Below, piece by piece: positions 1 to 16,060 of a stretch of 64,000 nt of DNA (position 1 is the first letter of the stretch; each line of letters begins with the position of its first letter). The position numbers and the translations under genes are program-made. This DNA comes from Bugula neritina (taxonomy: Eukaryota; Animalia; Bryozoa): contig OZ037766.1 of the NCBI GenBank assembly GCA_964035545.1, forward strand, positions 3,834,722 through 3,898,721. The letters run 5' to 3'. Under the pieces are notes generated by a model. It had not been told where the DNA came from. It saw nothing but the letters and a program-made list of their open reading frames with translations, and did not search any database.

Positions 1-2523
1 GAAAATACAATCTATTACAATCTATTATAGAAATTCTAGAATGATCTATTTGTTTAATAGCAAAAGCTTCATCATGTCTACTAACGTAACATCAGTTCTG
101 AAGCTAAACTTTGCCATAACATCGGATCTAGTTTGTTAATGATACTATACAAATAATGTTTATACCTATTTATAACGTCACAACTTGATAAGAAGCAGGA
201 AATAATGCTAATGGAGAACTATAAAACTATTAAATATTTTATTGCACTCTACTTAGTACTATGGCATACATTATCTTGATGTTATCAACAGTTACTATGC
301 ATATAATCTACAATTAAAGACTTGATAAAATGTTGCCATATTACTATATATGGTCTGTAGATAAAAATATCATACAGTCAAGTGGAGGTAACTTCCTACT
401 TCTTATTACAATTATTTACTGTATAGTAATTCACAGAAATCACCTGTCAAAAGTATTTCAATTTGATTTATTGACTCAAAGTACTACTTAGCTGTTAAAC
501 AATTAGCCTTTTATCTGAATTAGAAATAAAGTGTGCTTTTTGGTAACGAAATTCACATCATGCATAATGATGTGAAACTACAAGAGAGTCACTGTTGAAG
601 CCTTCTTTTTCGACATTTATACAAGAACACAGGCTATTGGTATTGAGAGTTTCTTACTTTTTACATTTTTTCTCACTTTTATGGCAGCAGTGAGAAAATA
701 TTTAAGTTTGAAATATAATTTTTGTTTGAGTTTTCAAGGTCAATATTGCAAACGTTTTTGCAAGAATGCCTTATTACTTTGAGTGAAGCAAATAAAGCTA
801 ACAAATGCTACGAAGTATCCTTTTAGAAAAGTTACTGTTATTGAACTATTTGCAAGCTTAAATCAGTGAGATTTAGAGTTTCTCTACAGCTATGTGTAAA
901 AATTACAGGTAAAATTTCAACAAAATTATAAAAATATATCTTTATACTGAAACTCGTTTACAGCTCCTAGATAATTATCTTCTTATATAATACTGTTGTT
1001 ACTTCCAGTGATATGGGATTGCATTATAAAGAAAAGCTATAACAGTACAATGTATATAAGGCTGGTTTTTGATACATTGAACTTGTTAGATAGCACATTT
1101 TCCCTTTGGTTACTGCAGCCTGAAAAATGGCAAGCTAAAAATAATTTGATAAAGCTTTGATGTAATCTCATTGCAAAGTTTTAATTATCAAATGATATGA
1201 TGCCTTATACTTGAACATTTGTGTTTGGAAGCTTGCCAAGAAAGTATTCTCTCGGTAGTTGATATAAATTATGAGACATACTTTTTGATTGTCTGAGCTA
1301 ATGGCCCGATAAGAATTAAGGTATTCTTCATATCATACCAACTAATACGAAATTTTACTTCGTATAATCTTTTGGCATATTGCCATATTACTAGGATACG
1401 ATGAAATATACACAATATTTATCACAAAGTCCTAATTTTAAGTCATTGCCAAAATAGCTCAACTATAGGTAATGGTGCAAATAATTCATTTAGACTGTGC
1501 ATCTCTATAAAGCTATGGTTCCTAACCTTTTTCACAGTTTTACTATACTGGATCACCAGTAAGTTTCAAAAGCCAAGACTACATTTTCAGCTCATTTAGC
1601 ATCAGTCATAATCAACAAACCTTTTAATAGAACTTCCTAAGTCTGCAGTAATTTACTGCCCTCATTCTCAATAGAAAATGACTACGAATTAAGGCTAGAG
1701 AGAATCAAAGCAACACGTATAAGCTGTTGACTTTCTATACTCAAAGACAAGTGCTAAATGACGTAAGTACTAAGGTAAGTAATATAATACTCTTGTGACT
1801 TGTTGTAAAAATTGTATAATCAGTTGTATATCTTGTAGGGTATTAGCAATCTATAACAAAAATTTGCATACAAATTAGCAACATAAACATAACTGTATAT
1901 TATATCATGAAGTTAAAAAGTTTGGTTGGGTTGCATTAATTTTAAATCTATACTCCATGACTTTTTGAACAAATAAATTATTAAGTGCAGGTTTTATGTA
2001 ACATTCCACAGTTATTGCAGTAAAATTGCTTAATAAATAAATTAAAAATTATTTTACTTGAAAATTTGTCTTTTATTTAGTCAGACTACTTTAACTTTCA
2101 TACAGTTGTAGGTATTTTTATGTACAATTTACGTAGGATTTACATGAGTTGCAAGATCGTTCTAGAACATATTCCTGTATAGCTTTTTACTATAAAATGT
2201 TGTTGAAAAGCAGAAATATATGTGTCTATTTTTCCAATTTCACTGAAGGTTTATAAAGGTCAAGATAATGGTATTTTAAAAACTATTCTCTTTTCTAAAG
2301 TACTTTTAATTAGAATGTTTTTAGTTTATAGTTTACGCCAAACAATGATTTTCAAACTGCTGCATGCTTTATACACCATTTACAATGTTTATTTAACAGT
2401 TAAATTCACAAGAGTGAGTGTAAGTTTAATATGATCTTTCATAACTCTATTAGGTATCAGTGGTACAAATCTATGATTTATCTGTAGCGTTCTATACTGT
2501 AGATAGGATTGGGACACGCCATC

Positions 2524-3321
<798 letters not shown>

Positions 3322-3427
3322 GTAGTGTGTGATTTGTAATTAAGTACAATACTTTAATTTTTAATAAAAATTGTTGTTAGTTTATTAATAGTAAAAAAGT
3401 ATTGTAATCTTTAAAATATGTATATGT

Positions 3428-3550
<123 letters not shown>

Positions 3551-6500
3551 ACATTTCAGCACCAGGTTTTCAGAAGAGCTGAATTAAATAAATGTGGAAA
3601 GGTGTTTTTCTTTGGGTCAGCAATTAACAGCTACATGATGCTACATGAAGTCTTCAAGCATGTTATATCAGCAATAGTTACTAGCTTTCTGTTACTCAGA
3701 ATGCATTGCAAATTGTATGAGATGGATAGACATGAAATTGATTTTTCAATTCCAAAAGTTTCAATTTGTGTCCCATGTTAATTTCCTTTATAAAAGTATG
3801 AAAATAGAGTTACCTCTCCATGAAATTAGAATATTGATAGTTAATAATAGTTACCAAGAGTTATATAAGATAACCTTTGTTAAACAACTTTAAAGCAATT
3901 TATACAAAATAATTATATCAGGAAAAGTTTTTCTAGTGGTAAAAAGACACACAAATTGGATGTTGACTACAACTAGAAGTGGTTTAGAGGTTTAGGTATG
4001 TGTAATAAAGAGATTAAGAAAAACCTGTGTTTTAGATTATAGATATGTAACTAAGATATGATTTTCTTGTGTGAATTTCAACTCACACCTCAAACCAAAA
4101 TTTATTAAGAAACGTAAAGAACTTAGGCCATTTCTTTGTTACTGCTCCTAAGTGGTGGTTCAGTGAATCTGGTTTACTGTTGCATGTGTTGTTATTGCAC
4201 TCTGTTAGCACTGGTATGTTATAAACTTCTCCCAAAAGTAATTTAGGCCTATTCACTTCTTTTTAATGTCATGCAACAGGTCTGAAAGATTAGAGAAACA
4301 TTTTAAAGTGGAGCCATCATCTTCTTATTGCTAGGAAAATAAATTCATACCAAAATAACTCTACTTTTGAGTAGTCCAGCATGTCATTTTTAATGCCGAT
4401 CTAAGCCAATGCATGGTTGTCATTTAATCAATAAATCACATCACATATTTCTGTACATAACAGCACATAAGAGCACATAAGAGCACAGAATCATAGCCTA
4501 AGTACCAACGCAGAACAAAAACTTCCTAAGTCCGCTCACCAACAGCCCATCCACTTGTGTTAGCCCTTTGATCTCCATTATTTAAATAAGTACCACTTCT
4601 TTATGAGCAAATATCTTGCATCATTGGCTATACAACATTTCAGCTTTAGCCGCACTCGTATTATAGCCCAGAATAATATCTACTGTAGTTAGTAGTAGTA
4701 GAAAAAGTAGCTCAGCCAGTTTACGTATATAGGCAGGGAAAAAAAGTGCAACTTGAAGCTCCGTAGCACAATCTACTTTGTAAGTATCGTTAACCTTAGA
4801 GAAGGTAGGACTTAATATATTGCAATGAATAAATTTAGTTTTCTCGTATAAAGATTGTTCAAGTCAAGTATAGCTTTTAATATATAAGCTTCTCAGGTAC
4901 GACTATATATTTATATGCAACATGGGTTTATTGCTAGGCAGGGTCATTTCTTTGCGTTATATAATAAATGAATTAGAAGCAGCAAAACAATTCGTTCAAA
5001 ATTGAAATTATTATAGTTGCAGTTATTAATAGCAAAACTACCCTTGATTATTACAGTAATATAATACGTTTGCAATTAAAAGCAAATTCTTTCTGAATTG
5101 AAGTTTAAGAGCTTGTACATATACTTATAGCAATGATGAGCGTCTTTCTTTAAAAGCAACGTCTTTTTACTTTCCTGTCCGTGCATGCGTAAAGTATTTT
5201 TATTTTATTCGCCAAAAATATTAGCAGTAAAGATGCAGCTTTTTGCAGCTAACAAATTTCAAGAAAATGAAGTTACCCAGTCACTGTGTAAGCCAAGTGA
5301 TTTATTATTTATCCTCGCCAATTGCGTAGGTAAAAGTTCAAAGCTTTTTAAACAGTTTAATATACCTACTGACAATAATGATAGAACTAGGGAGTTATCT
5401 TATCAAATGGTCTTGTCTATCTTTTTCATTTTACCAGGTTTAAGTTGCTCAGTTCTGGTTTCTGGGTTCGTAACTGGCAATCAAATAACTTCCTTTGCAT
5501 TTACCTCCTTTACCTTGCACTGCATTGAAGACAGTAAACAGTTCAGCAGCAGTATTATTTGTAAAATTATAAATATACAGTAGGGGTAAGGGGGGGGCAC
5601 AACAGTCATAGGGGTACAAAAAACCGTCCAAATTGTGAGAGAACTTATTGACTTAGAGTTGTGATTTTTTTTCATAAAGAGGTATTGACATAATTATTCA
5701 GCCATTGTAGTTTCAACACTTGCGGAACATACGTGTTGAAAAGGCGGTTGAAAAACTGTTTTTACCTACTTTTTGTAAAATTTTTAGGATGTCGTTAAAG
5801 CTTTATAATTTTTTACACTCAAAGGCAACAAGCCTAGATTTTACTGATATTGTTGCCATTGCTTGTCTCTACATTGCTTAACTAGTATAACAGCAAACTC
5901 TGAAATAAATTTTCCTTGAGGCACATTTATGTTCAATTTGGCCATCCGGGGCACAATGGGCCACCTGATTATTGTACCCTGATCACTGTTATTAGTTTGT
6001 TCGCCCAAAAAGTTGGTTGAAATGTTACTAAAATCTACAGATATAGCCATTTCTGACCTTTTTGTAAAATATCAAAGACATCATGGTAAGACTACAAAAC
6101 TACAAGGTGAAGCTCCCCTAATATATACATCTGGTGAGGTTAAAGCTATGCTATTTTATACATAATACAAAACACTCTGCTGTTGCTACTAGTAGATAGT
6201 CATGATATTCATTATACATTATATCATTAAGGGAATATACATGTATTTGACTAAAATAAATTGTGATTTGTTCATTCGCTCCCCCCCTCTCCCTTCTGTA
6301 CTCCAGCCACAAACCGAAGCCATGCACCTTAGCTACAGTTCATAGAAAAAAGTCCACTCAAAATTTTGTAGCGCATGTTACTAAAGTTTTTTTCTGATAA
6401 AAGTTCCTCTGAAGTGCAAATAAAAAACATTTTTAGTTCTAAACAGTAATGATAATGGCACCGTAGAACCGAGTGATGTGCGTTTGATTTTGCCTTCCTC

Positions 6501-7476
6501 CGCTATTGGTGCGTGGCACAAACTGTACAGCTAAAACATGAATTTTGCTTTAGATCTGAAAGAATATTTTTATTTATTTGTAATATTAAATGAATAAAGA
6601 TCAGATGCAACAAGATCTGCAAAGTTTCAATATATTTGTTGTGTCCCACCCAGTGGCCCATTGTACCCCGGTACCGGGGCACAATGGGCCGATTTTTTCG
6701 TCATGAAAATTTCTTTATTCTGAAAGTTGTGAGAGAGAGAGAAACAACAAACTGATACCTGGAATAGATAACAGATGCAGCATTAAGACTAGAGATTATT
6801 GAACTAGTAACTTGAAAAACAGACGAATGAGAGCAAAGAATGCAAAATTCGGCCCGATTTTAATATCTCTTGTCTCCTGAGTGGTGTAGCTATTACATAC
6901 ATGCTGTTTGGGGTTGTGTGCTCAAACAATTTGGTTTTCTAATAATGATGGTTTATTAGACTCTATAGAGTCTGTGGTATTAAAAACTAATACTAGCTAT
7001 TGCAGACTTTTATTGTATAACATTTTTAGCTACTGCAACACATAGACAGGTTAATTACTGAGCTGGTTTAAAAGTTTAAAGTTTAAACTTTGAGCACACC
7101 ACCCCAAAAATTATGTAGATGATGGACAAAACCCACCCGATGCTAGTTAAATTAAATGACCTCAAGTCTTGCAACTTAAATCGCTGTACGGTGTTGGTGT
7201 CAGTAGCTTACTTGATAGTTAGCTTTGAGTTCTTTAGATCAATTTGTCAATCTTACTTCATTATTGATCTTTAACTTAGTTGTGTAAATAAAGTACACCA
7301 GGCGTGTAATATAGAATGTGCAGCTTTTTCCTTAGGATAACTACCCATACAATGTCTTAGATAGGCTTTAGCTTCTGGTTTTATGTTATGTGAAGTTACA
7401 GAAGTAGGACTCATAATTATACTCTGTCTAGAATAACAGAATCTAAAGCTGTTTCTATCCATCAACATTATACATA

Positions 7477-7572
<96 letters not shown>

Positions 7573-7700
7573 AATAATCAGTTCCTAGAAACAAGGTATA
7601 ATTTAATAAAACTCCAGCTGCTTGAACGGCATTGTGGGAAATCTTTGGACAAAAGAAAGTTTAACTGTACTACAGGTGATCTGAACATCAGAAGAAATCA

Positions 7701-9419
7701 ATGGAGGATGGTGGATACATTATCTTCATTGTGGCGGCAGTGATAGTGAAAGTGATCATATGGATAGTGATATGTAGGTATAGATGCAACTCCAGACAGG
7801 TGAGAGTGGAATCGTGGTGGAGTTCTGTAGTATTGAGATTACACTACACTACCACTACACTACACTACACTACACTACACTACACTACCACTACACTACA
7901 CTGCACTACCACTACACTACACTACACTACACTACACTACACTACCACTACACTACACTGCACTACCACTACACTACACTACATTACACTACACTACCAC
8001 TACACTACAATGCATTACACTACCACTACACTACTACTACACTACCACTACACTGCACTGCACTGCACTGCACTGCACTGCACTGCACTGCACTGCACTG
8101 CACTGCACTGCACTGCACTGCACTACACTACCACTACACTACACTACACTACACTACACTACACTACACTAGAACTTGATGGTTAGTTTGTATGCTTGTT
8201 AGTAAAAAGTTAGGGGCACATACTTCTAATGTCAAACAAGCCTCACACTGGGGCTAATCAGAATTGCTCAGGTGTTTTTGTTGCATTGTTATTGCATCAT
8301 ATTAAATATTGTAAAACTATTGAACACTTGTTTGTAGTTACACGAAAGCTTTGATTCTTGTAATTTTTAAATTTTAATTTAAACTTGCATCGTTCTGGAG
8401 TAAAACGAGTTTTTTTTCTTAAATTTTGCTTTTAAAACTGATATATATTCTTAAATATGCTAGATGAACATTTCCAGTATATATATAATTGATATTTTTG
8501 TGTTGAGGAAGTTGATGATAAATCAGAAAAGGATGTCAACTCCTAAGTATAAAGTTGTTGGTTGTAAGCAAGTTGATGGATAAAAAAGATATTTTTAAAT
8601 TATGAAAAAGCTGCAACCTCTATGCTTTAACATCGTAGCAATTGTGTAAACAACTCCAAAATTGCAATTATCCTGTAGAGGTGCTTAGTAAGTAATTCAT
8701 AACTATCTATAACATCATTGTTACCTAACAGAGAAACCGTTGTTTTACTGGTTATAGACTTATAGCAAGAATTTCTAAGGTGTGTGAAATTGATTTCCTT
8801 GGCCAAGCGCCAGACCAAGTTTATTCATATGGATATGTCCCATCAAATGTGACTGGAGCAAACAAACCAGCTATAAATGATGCTTTATTTTATTCAAATG
8901 CAACTTAAATAACCATCATTTGATCTTAGCTTAAAATTTACCAAAGACAATTATTAGATTCAGATTTATTCAATTGACCAAATCTGACAACCAGATTTTT
9001 CATGATACATTGGCTTAATATTCTTTTGAAGTATGTACATAATCATAATATATTAATCAAGCTTAATTTCTACTATTTTAGCGTGTAGTGACTAGGCAGG
9101 TTATTACTGTTATTACACCCCACCCGTCTGTCCAATCTCCTTATGGACCAACTGCTACATCTACAGGATATGCTTCTGGTGCGGCGCAAGAGCCAATCCA
9201 GTTTGCTCCGCTACCTGCCGCCCCGGGCAGTGAGTATTTGTCACTTACTTAAAACTTTAAATCTGAGGCTAAGAAAACATAATGACTCTGTCGGCAAACT
9301 TAATTTCATTTATAGCCTTAGAGTGATGATATTTTTATTTTATAGAGCCAGCAGCAACCCCTGAGCCTGAGATTCCAGATAGTCAGCCACCGCCCTATGA
9401 TAGATATGTCCGATACTAG
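7701..9419 (+). CDS. Small single-pass TM protein with Pro-rich tail and PPPY motif, copy 1 (exons 7701-7799, 9082-9229, 9346-9419; 106 aa)
   Basis: GT-AG introns with consistent phases 0 and 1; exons conserved across copies; TM followed by CRYRC, tail ends SQPPPYDRYVRY. Confidence 0.8.
7840..8170 (+). repeat. (CTACA/CTGCA)n pentanucleotide repeat; related tract at 15292-15480
   Basis: Direct observation. Confidence 0.95.
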
Positions 9420-10970
9420 AATTTCCATGATCAGCCTGAGTGTTTCTACTTTATTATAACATTATTATTGAGTGTGTTTACTCCCCCCCCCCCCTTTCCT
9501 CCCTGTCATTTATTGTGTGGTGCTCACTCAATGCAATCAGTTCATATCTTTTCTTGCTTTTATTTTATGTTAATCATATTTTTATACACAATAATATAAT
9601 AGTATGTGACACAACAAGATAGCTGTGACAATTTTCATAGAAATTTACAATTGTGTTAAAATCTTGATAAAAATTATGAGATGTTTTCTTATTAAAATTT
9701 GTATTTAAGATTTTGAGTCAAGCTTTAAAATGACTTAATATAAAGCGTATAACCAAGTGGGCAAATAGTGATTTATCATTGGCATCTAGCTCACCTAAAA
9801 ATATATATTGGTTTATGATTGCTAATTAATGAAATGTAGTTAAATTATCTTCAAGTATGCATAAAATACATAGATACATTCCATGAGTGGCCTATTATTT
9901 GAAATACTCACTTTCTTGTTATAACAATTCGGTGGGTGCTATAGAGATGCGTTGGAAAGCTGCTACACAGCTATATAGTTGATTACTAACATGCATCAAA
10001 TGAAACACGGAGCAACATAATTTGTCAAACTGAAGTTGAAACAGGTGCAGCCCTAGTGGAGAAGACTGATCATTGATCATAGCACAGCCATGTGCTAAAT
10101 GATAGCAAGTAGGGGACACGCTTACCACCAAACCACACAAGAAGCAATAATGTCAAAAGAGCTGAGACTATATTATGAGCTGAAAATATAGTCTTATGAT
10201 TTGTGGCTAAAGGTGACCTTATCGATCCATGCTGTAGTGAACTAGGCTGTGAGTTGAGCATTAACTCTTCACTGATGTCCTTTTATTCTAACATACATTA
10301 GTTGATCGCATTTGACACTGATTGACTTCTATTGACATCGGCAAGACTACAATTATTGCAATTCAAACTTACATGGTCAGGATAAACATAAATAAACAAA
10401 ATGAAAACAAAAACAGTTGTATATAATCCACAAAAAAAAGAAACAATATAATTAATGTAAATAACTTACTTATTTTGCTCTCTTAAAATTACACTAGTCC
10501 ACTAGCACCAACTATTGCCAAGTGCCAGGGGTCTTTTAGTTAGCACTGGCTGTGCTGTAGAAACCTTTTTTAGTACGTTTTAAATATAGCTAAAATAGCT
10601 TAGCAAAGTAGCGCTAATTTCGCCACACATGCTGTGGGGTGCATTAGGTCCAAGAGAGAAAATGCTTTTATTTTAAAACATTGTATAACTGCTCATGCAT
10701 TCAGAAAATAAATAAGTTTATTATATATAGTATACTGACGATATATGATTTAGTTTATCAACACCATAAAATTTCAGTTTGATTAGAAAATGGATTAACA
10801 TCAGTGAGTGAGAGTGAAACAAGCATAAATAAGGTCACATTTTATTGAAAGGGCAAGTGATTTTGGCTGAGATATCTACCAAATTACAATGTAAGTAAAG
10901 GAAAGCAAGTAATGTTTTGTAATGACAGAACATTTAGTATCACAGCGTGTAAACATTATTATAAATACAA

Positions 10971-11632
10971 TCACCCGGCCATACTCTTGTGAGACTTCAA
11001 CCATTCTTTTTTAATCTTCTTCCTCTTACCATATTGAAATAAGGATTTCCACACAAGGCTGTTTTTCAGAAAGAGTTGTTGGCACATATCCACAGTTATA
11101 ATTATCTGCCCATGATATCTGTTTGCTGGTATGTTGTGGTTTTTAAGTGTTTGATTTACATCGGGGCAAATTTTTGTTGATGTTATGACATTTAAACTTG
11201 CAAAATATTCAACTTGCAAACAACACCAATTTATTGTAACAGAAAAAGTTTAAAAAGTTTAAAAATTGAATTGGTATGTTTCTTTTTCAAATTACTAACT
11301 CAATGCATTGAATAAAAAATTTTAAATTTCAAAGTGTCTTGTAAGATTTTCTATCAATTTCCAAAGTGTTTAAAAGACGATTCCTTTACTTTTGAAAAAG
11401 GAATGTCTCAACTTTTAATTAGTTTTTCAATAACTACACATGTATGAGTATTGAAATTTAAAATGAATGAAGTTTTCACTGCTTTCTCAATACAGCAATA
11501 ATAATTGTTTGCAATACATAGAATTTACTAGAAAGTAGTAAGTTTTACCTCCACCCAGAATTCCTCTGTCTGCACTTCTCGTTGGTTCCACCAAGTCTTA
11601 TTGAGAGCCTCATATAACAGCAAGTCACCAAG
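10971..11632 (-). pseudogene. 3' relic of the sulfotransferase gene (last exon and part of the penultimate)
   Basis: Homologous to 42808-43460; truncated at ~11632; acceptor CAG changed to CAA. Confidence 0.75.
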
Positions 11633-12435
11633 TGTTGTTATCGCACTCTGTTAGCACTAGCATGTTATAAACTTCTCCCAGAAGTAATTTATTCATTTCT
11701 TTTTAATGTCAACAGGTCTGAAAGATTAGAAAAACATTTTAAAGTAGAGCCATCATCTTCTTATTGCCAGGAAAATAAATTCATACCAAAATAACTCTAC
11801 TTTTGAGTAGTTCAGCATGTCATTTTTAATGCCATTCTAAGTCAATGCATGCATGGTTGTCATTTAATCAATAAATCACATCACATATCCCTGTACATAA
11901 CAGCACATAAGAGCACAGAATCATAGCCTAAGTACCAACGCAGAACAAAAACTTCCTTAGTCCGCTCACCAACAAGCCCATCCACTTGTGTTAGGCCTTT
12001 GATCTTCATTATTTAAATAAGTACCACTTCTTTATGAGCAAATATCATGCATCAGTGGCTATACAACATTTCAGCTCTAGCCCAACTCGTCTTATAGCCC
12101 AGAATAATATCTACTGTAGTTAGTAGTAGTAGAGGAAGTTGCTCAGCCAGTTTACGTATATTGGCAGGGACCGAAAGTACAACTTGAAGCTTGTAGCACA
12201 ATCTACTTTGTAAGTACCATTAACCTTACAGAAAGTGGAACTTAATGAATAAATTCAGCTTTCTTGTATAAAGATTGTTCAAGTTAGGTGTAGCTTTTAA
12301 TATATAAGCTTCTCAGGTACGGCTATATACTTATATGCAACGTGGGTTTATTGCTAGGCAGGGTCATTTCTTTGCGTTATACAGTAAATGAATTAGAAGC
12401 AGCAAAACAATGCGTTCAAAATTGAAATTATTATA

Positions 12436-13909
12436 CTTCTACTTCGATACTTCGACTTTAGCACGCGCTAGATCACCATAAGGCGCAAGAGGCGTGCCTC
12501 AGCAGCTTGTTACAATACATTTGACATAGAATCATAACTGTATTTGCATACATTATGCATTTTAAATTTGGTAATTGTAGTACCTTTCAGGTTATCATTT
12601 ATCAAGTATTTAGGGAGTTCCAATTCTTAGGTCTCTAATAGTGCGCGGTAGGAAGCTGTTATGATATGCTGTGCACATGGCAGATATCGCAGTTGGTATT
12701 CCGTTAGATGCAGCCCTCGTGGTAACCGTAGCGGTTGACTTGTCCCTTGTCAGCTCAGTGTAGCTGGAAGATAATGCCTGATGACATTCTTCTTTGGACA
12801 AGATCTTCAAAAGGAGGGTTATTCGTAGGCTTTTGCGACGATCTTCCAGTGATGATATGTTGAGTTGTTCTCTTGCATCACTGATGCTAGCCTCCCGGCC
12901 TTTGAGACAGCAGATGAATCTAATAGCTCGGTTCTGGACTAACTCAATTTCTTTCACAAGTTGCTTTGTTACAGGATCCCAAGTGGTTGCAGCATATTCT
13001 AGTATAGGTCTGCAGAGAGTCATATATGCCAGCAGCTTTGCTTTCTTGGGAGCTCCATAGAGGGATAGCTTTAGCATGCCAAGAACCTTGTATGCTTTGT
13101 TTATTTTCTTAGTTATGTGGCTGTGAAACTTGAGGTTAGATTGTAGTGTAACTCCAAGGTAGGTAATCTCATCTACGTAGGGCAATGTTTCTCCCCCTAG
13201 TCGATATGATGGTTGAATTTGGGGATCTTTGCCAAATGACATGATTCGGCATTTTGAGGAGTTGAAGGGCATCTTCCACTTCAGAGACCAATTCTCAATC
13301 TGTTCAATATTCTTTTGGAATTTTCGGACATCATCTAGGGAGTCTACCTCTTGAAAAATCAGTGTGTCATCAGCAAATAAACTGACACTGCAACTTAGTA
13401 AATCAGGGAGATCATTGATGTAAAGAAGGAATAGGGTGGGCCCCAGGACAGAGCCCTGTGGAACGCCAGAAAAGACTGGTAATCTACCAGAAGAGTGGCC
13501 ATCTATGATTACTTGCTGCTCTCGCTTTGTCAAAAAGTTCTGGAGCCATCGGAGTATGTGAGGATTAATTCCATCAACGACGCTTAACTTATGTATGAGT
13601 AGCTTGTGGGGGACTTTGTCGAAGGCCTTCTGGAAGTCGAGAACAAGAGCATGAGTGGTGTGAGAGTTGTTCATTGACCTGGTAATTTCATGGAGGGTTC
13701 CACAAAGCTGGGTTTTGCAGGACAAGCCACGACGGAAACCATGTTGACGATTATGGAGGATGGGATCTAACAGTTTATTGAGATAGTGTAGCACAATGTG
13801 TTCCAGTAACTTGCAAGGTATACTGGTTAATGATATTGGTCGATAGTTATTTGGCATATCTAGCTGGCCTTTCTTGTGGACAGGGATGATGTTGGCTAGC
13901 TTCCATCCC
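12436..13909 (-). mobile_element. 5'-truncated LINE (CR1/L2 group); RT frame 12610-~13905
   Basis: YRPISLTS, QHGFR, LDFQKAFD, GVPQGSVLGP, FADD, YLGV motifs. Short-repeat 3' tail (GAAGTA/GAAGTC). Boundaries defined by the empty paralogous site at ~5006-5035. Confidence 0.93.
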
Positions 13910-14277
13910 GCAGTTATTAATAGCAAAACTACCCTTGACTACTACAGTAATATAATATGTTTGCAATTAAAAGCAAATTATTTCTCAACTGAAGTTTAAG
14001 AGTGTTGGTGTCAGTAGCTTACCCGGTAGTTAGCTTTGAGTTCTTTAGATCTATTTGTCAATCTTACTTCATTATTGATCTTTAACTTAGTTGTGTAAAT
14101 AAAGTACACCAGGCGTGTAATATAGAACCTGCAGTTTTTTCCTTAGGATAACTACCCATACAATGTCTTAGATAGGCTTTAGCTTCTGGTTTTATGTTAT
14201 GTGAAGTTATAGAAGTAGGACTCATAATTATACTCTGTCTAGAATAACAGAATCTAAAGCTGTTTCTATCCATCAAC

Positions 14278-14320
<43 letters not shown>

Positions 14321-14782
14321 TAGATAGCTGCATATAACCTCTCAGGCGTTGTATAACTTGATTACAGTTTGCAAAAACACTTATATTTGCACCATTTACG
14401 CTTTTACTCAAAATTGTTTAGCTTACGTGTCAAAGATTTAATACGTCAAGTTTAAAAATGTTGCTACGCTTGATTTGTGTTATAAACACGATGGGTTGGT
14501 TGTATAAAAATGTCTACTATATTTTGACAATATCAAAGGATAAATGAAGTGAACTGTGAAGCAATAGTTGATTGTGACAGTGGTAGCACTAGACTCCACT
14601 AGTTCAATTTGTCTACTTGTTACTGGTTGATGTTGGTTTTTAGATAAAAACAAGGCTAATAAATAATCAGAAACAAGGTATAATTTAATAAAACTCCAGC
14701 TGCTTGAACGGCATTGTGGGAAATTTTTGGACAAAAGAAAGTTTAACTGTACTGCAGGTGATCTGAACATCAGGAGAAAGCA

Positions 14783-16060
14783 ATGGATGGTGGTACATAC
14801 ATTATTCTAATTGTGGTGGCAGTGATAGTGAAAGTGATCATATGGATGGCGATATGTGGGTATAGATGCAACTCCAGACAGGTGAGAGTGGAATCGTGGT
14901 AGAGTTCTGTAGTGCTGCGAGTACTCAGTAGCCTCTGTAGTGTCGAGGTTTGCGTGCGCCTGCTTGTAAGCCAGAGGTCTTGGGTTCGAATCTCAGTGAA
15001 GGCAAAAGTTTTACAAGTTCACCTAGCAAACATATATAGTAATGTCAGCCATATAATATTGTGCAAAATTCTTTTGAATAACCCAAGTATCTACATTTTA
15101 GAGAAACCTAGAAAGTCAGTTTGAATAAATGTTCGATTATTTGTTGCCACAATGTCAGTTGAATAAATGAGTGCTAGTACATGCTGTATTGGCTACTAAA
15201 CCTACTTACTGTATCATAATTTTATTCTAGATTGAGAAATTTTGTAAATAAGTCTTCTAGGGAGCATACATTATGAGTAAATAGTTTTGTGTATTATACT
15301 ATACTATGCTATACTATACTATACTACACTACACTACACTACACTACACTACACTACACTACACTACACTACACTATACTACACTATACTATGCTATACT
15401 ATACTATACTACACTACACTACCACTACCACTACACTACACTACACTACACTACACTACACTACACTACACTACCACTACCCATCAAATTTTGTGACTGG
15501 AGTAAATAAACCAGCTAATGATGCTTTATTTTATTCAAATGCAACTTAAATAACAATCATTTGATCTTGGCTTAAAATTTACCAAAGACAATTATTAGAT
15601 TCAGATTTGGTCAATTGACCAAATCTGACAGCCAGATTTTTCGGGAGACATTGGCTTAATATTCTTTTGAAATATGTACATAATCATTATATAGTGATCA
15701 AGCTTAATTTCTACTATTTTAGCGTGTAGTGACTAGGCAGGTTATTACTGTTACTGCACCCCACCCATCTATCCACTCTCCTTATGGACCAACTGCTACA
15801 TCTACAGGATACGCTTCTGGTGCGGCGCAAGAGCCGATTCAGTTTGCTCCGCTACCGTCCACGCTGGGCAGTGAGTATTTGTCAATTACTTGAAACTTTA
15901 AATCTGAGGCTAAGAAAACATAATGACTATGTCGGCAAACCTAATTTCATTCATAGCCTTAGGGTGTTGATACTCTTATTTTATAGAGCCAGCTGTAACT
16001 CCGGAGCCTGAGATTCCAGATAGCCAGCCACCGCCCTATGATAGATATGTCCCCTACTAG
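14783..16060 (+). CDS. Small TM/PPPY protein, copy 2 (exons 14783-14881, 15723-15870, 15987-16060)
   Basis: Same exon sizes (99/148/74 nt) and open frame as copy 1. Confidence 0.8.
14931..15170 (+). mobile_element. tRNA-derived SINE-like element in intron 1 of copy 2 (homologue at 24901-25120)
   Basis: A-box-like TAGTGTCGAGG and B-box GGTTCGAATC, followed by a body shared with 24901-25120; stems too degenerate for a functional tRNA. Confidence 0.55.

Noticed and set aside
5576-6880. Possible pogo/Tc1-like non-autonomous element (TACAGTAGGGGTAAG start, GGGGCACAATGGGCC internal repeats)
   Set aside because: Probably transposon-derived, but I could not identify a matching right terminus or TSD.
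12610-13926. Reverse transcriptase as part of a diversity-generating system acting on the fibre-like paralogues
   Set aside because: It is an ordinary truncated LINE RT 12 kb outside the element, and no template/variable repeat pair with adenine-specific differences was seen.
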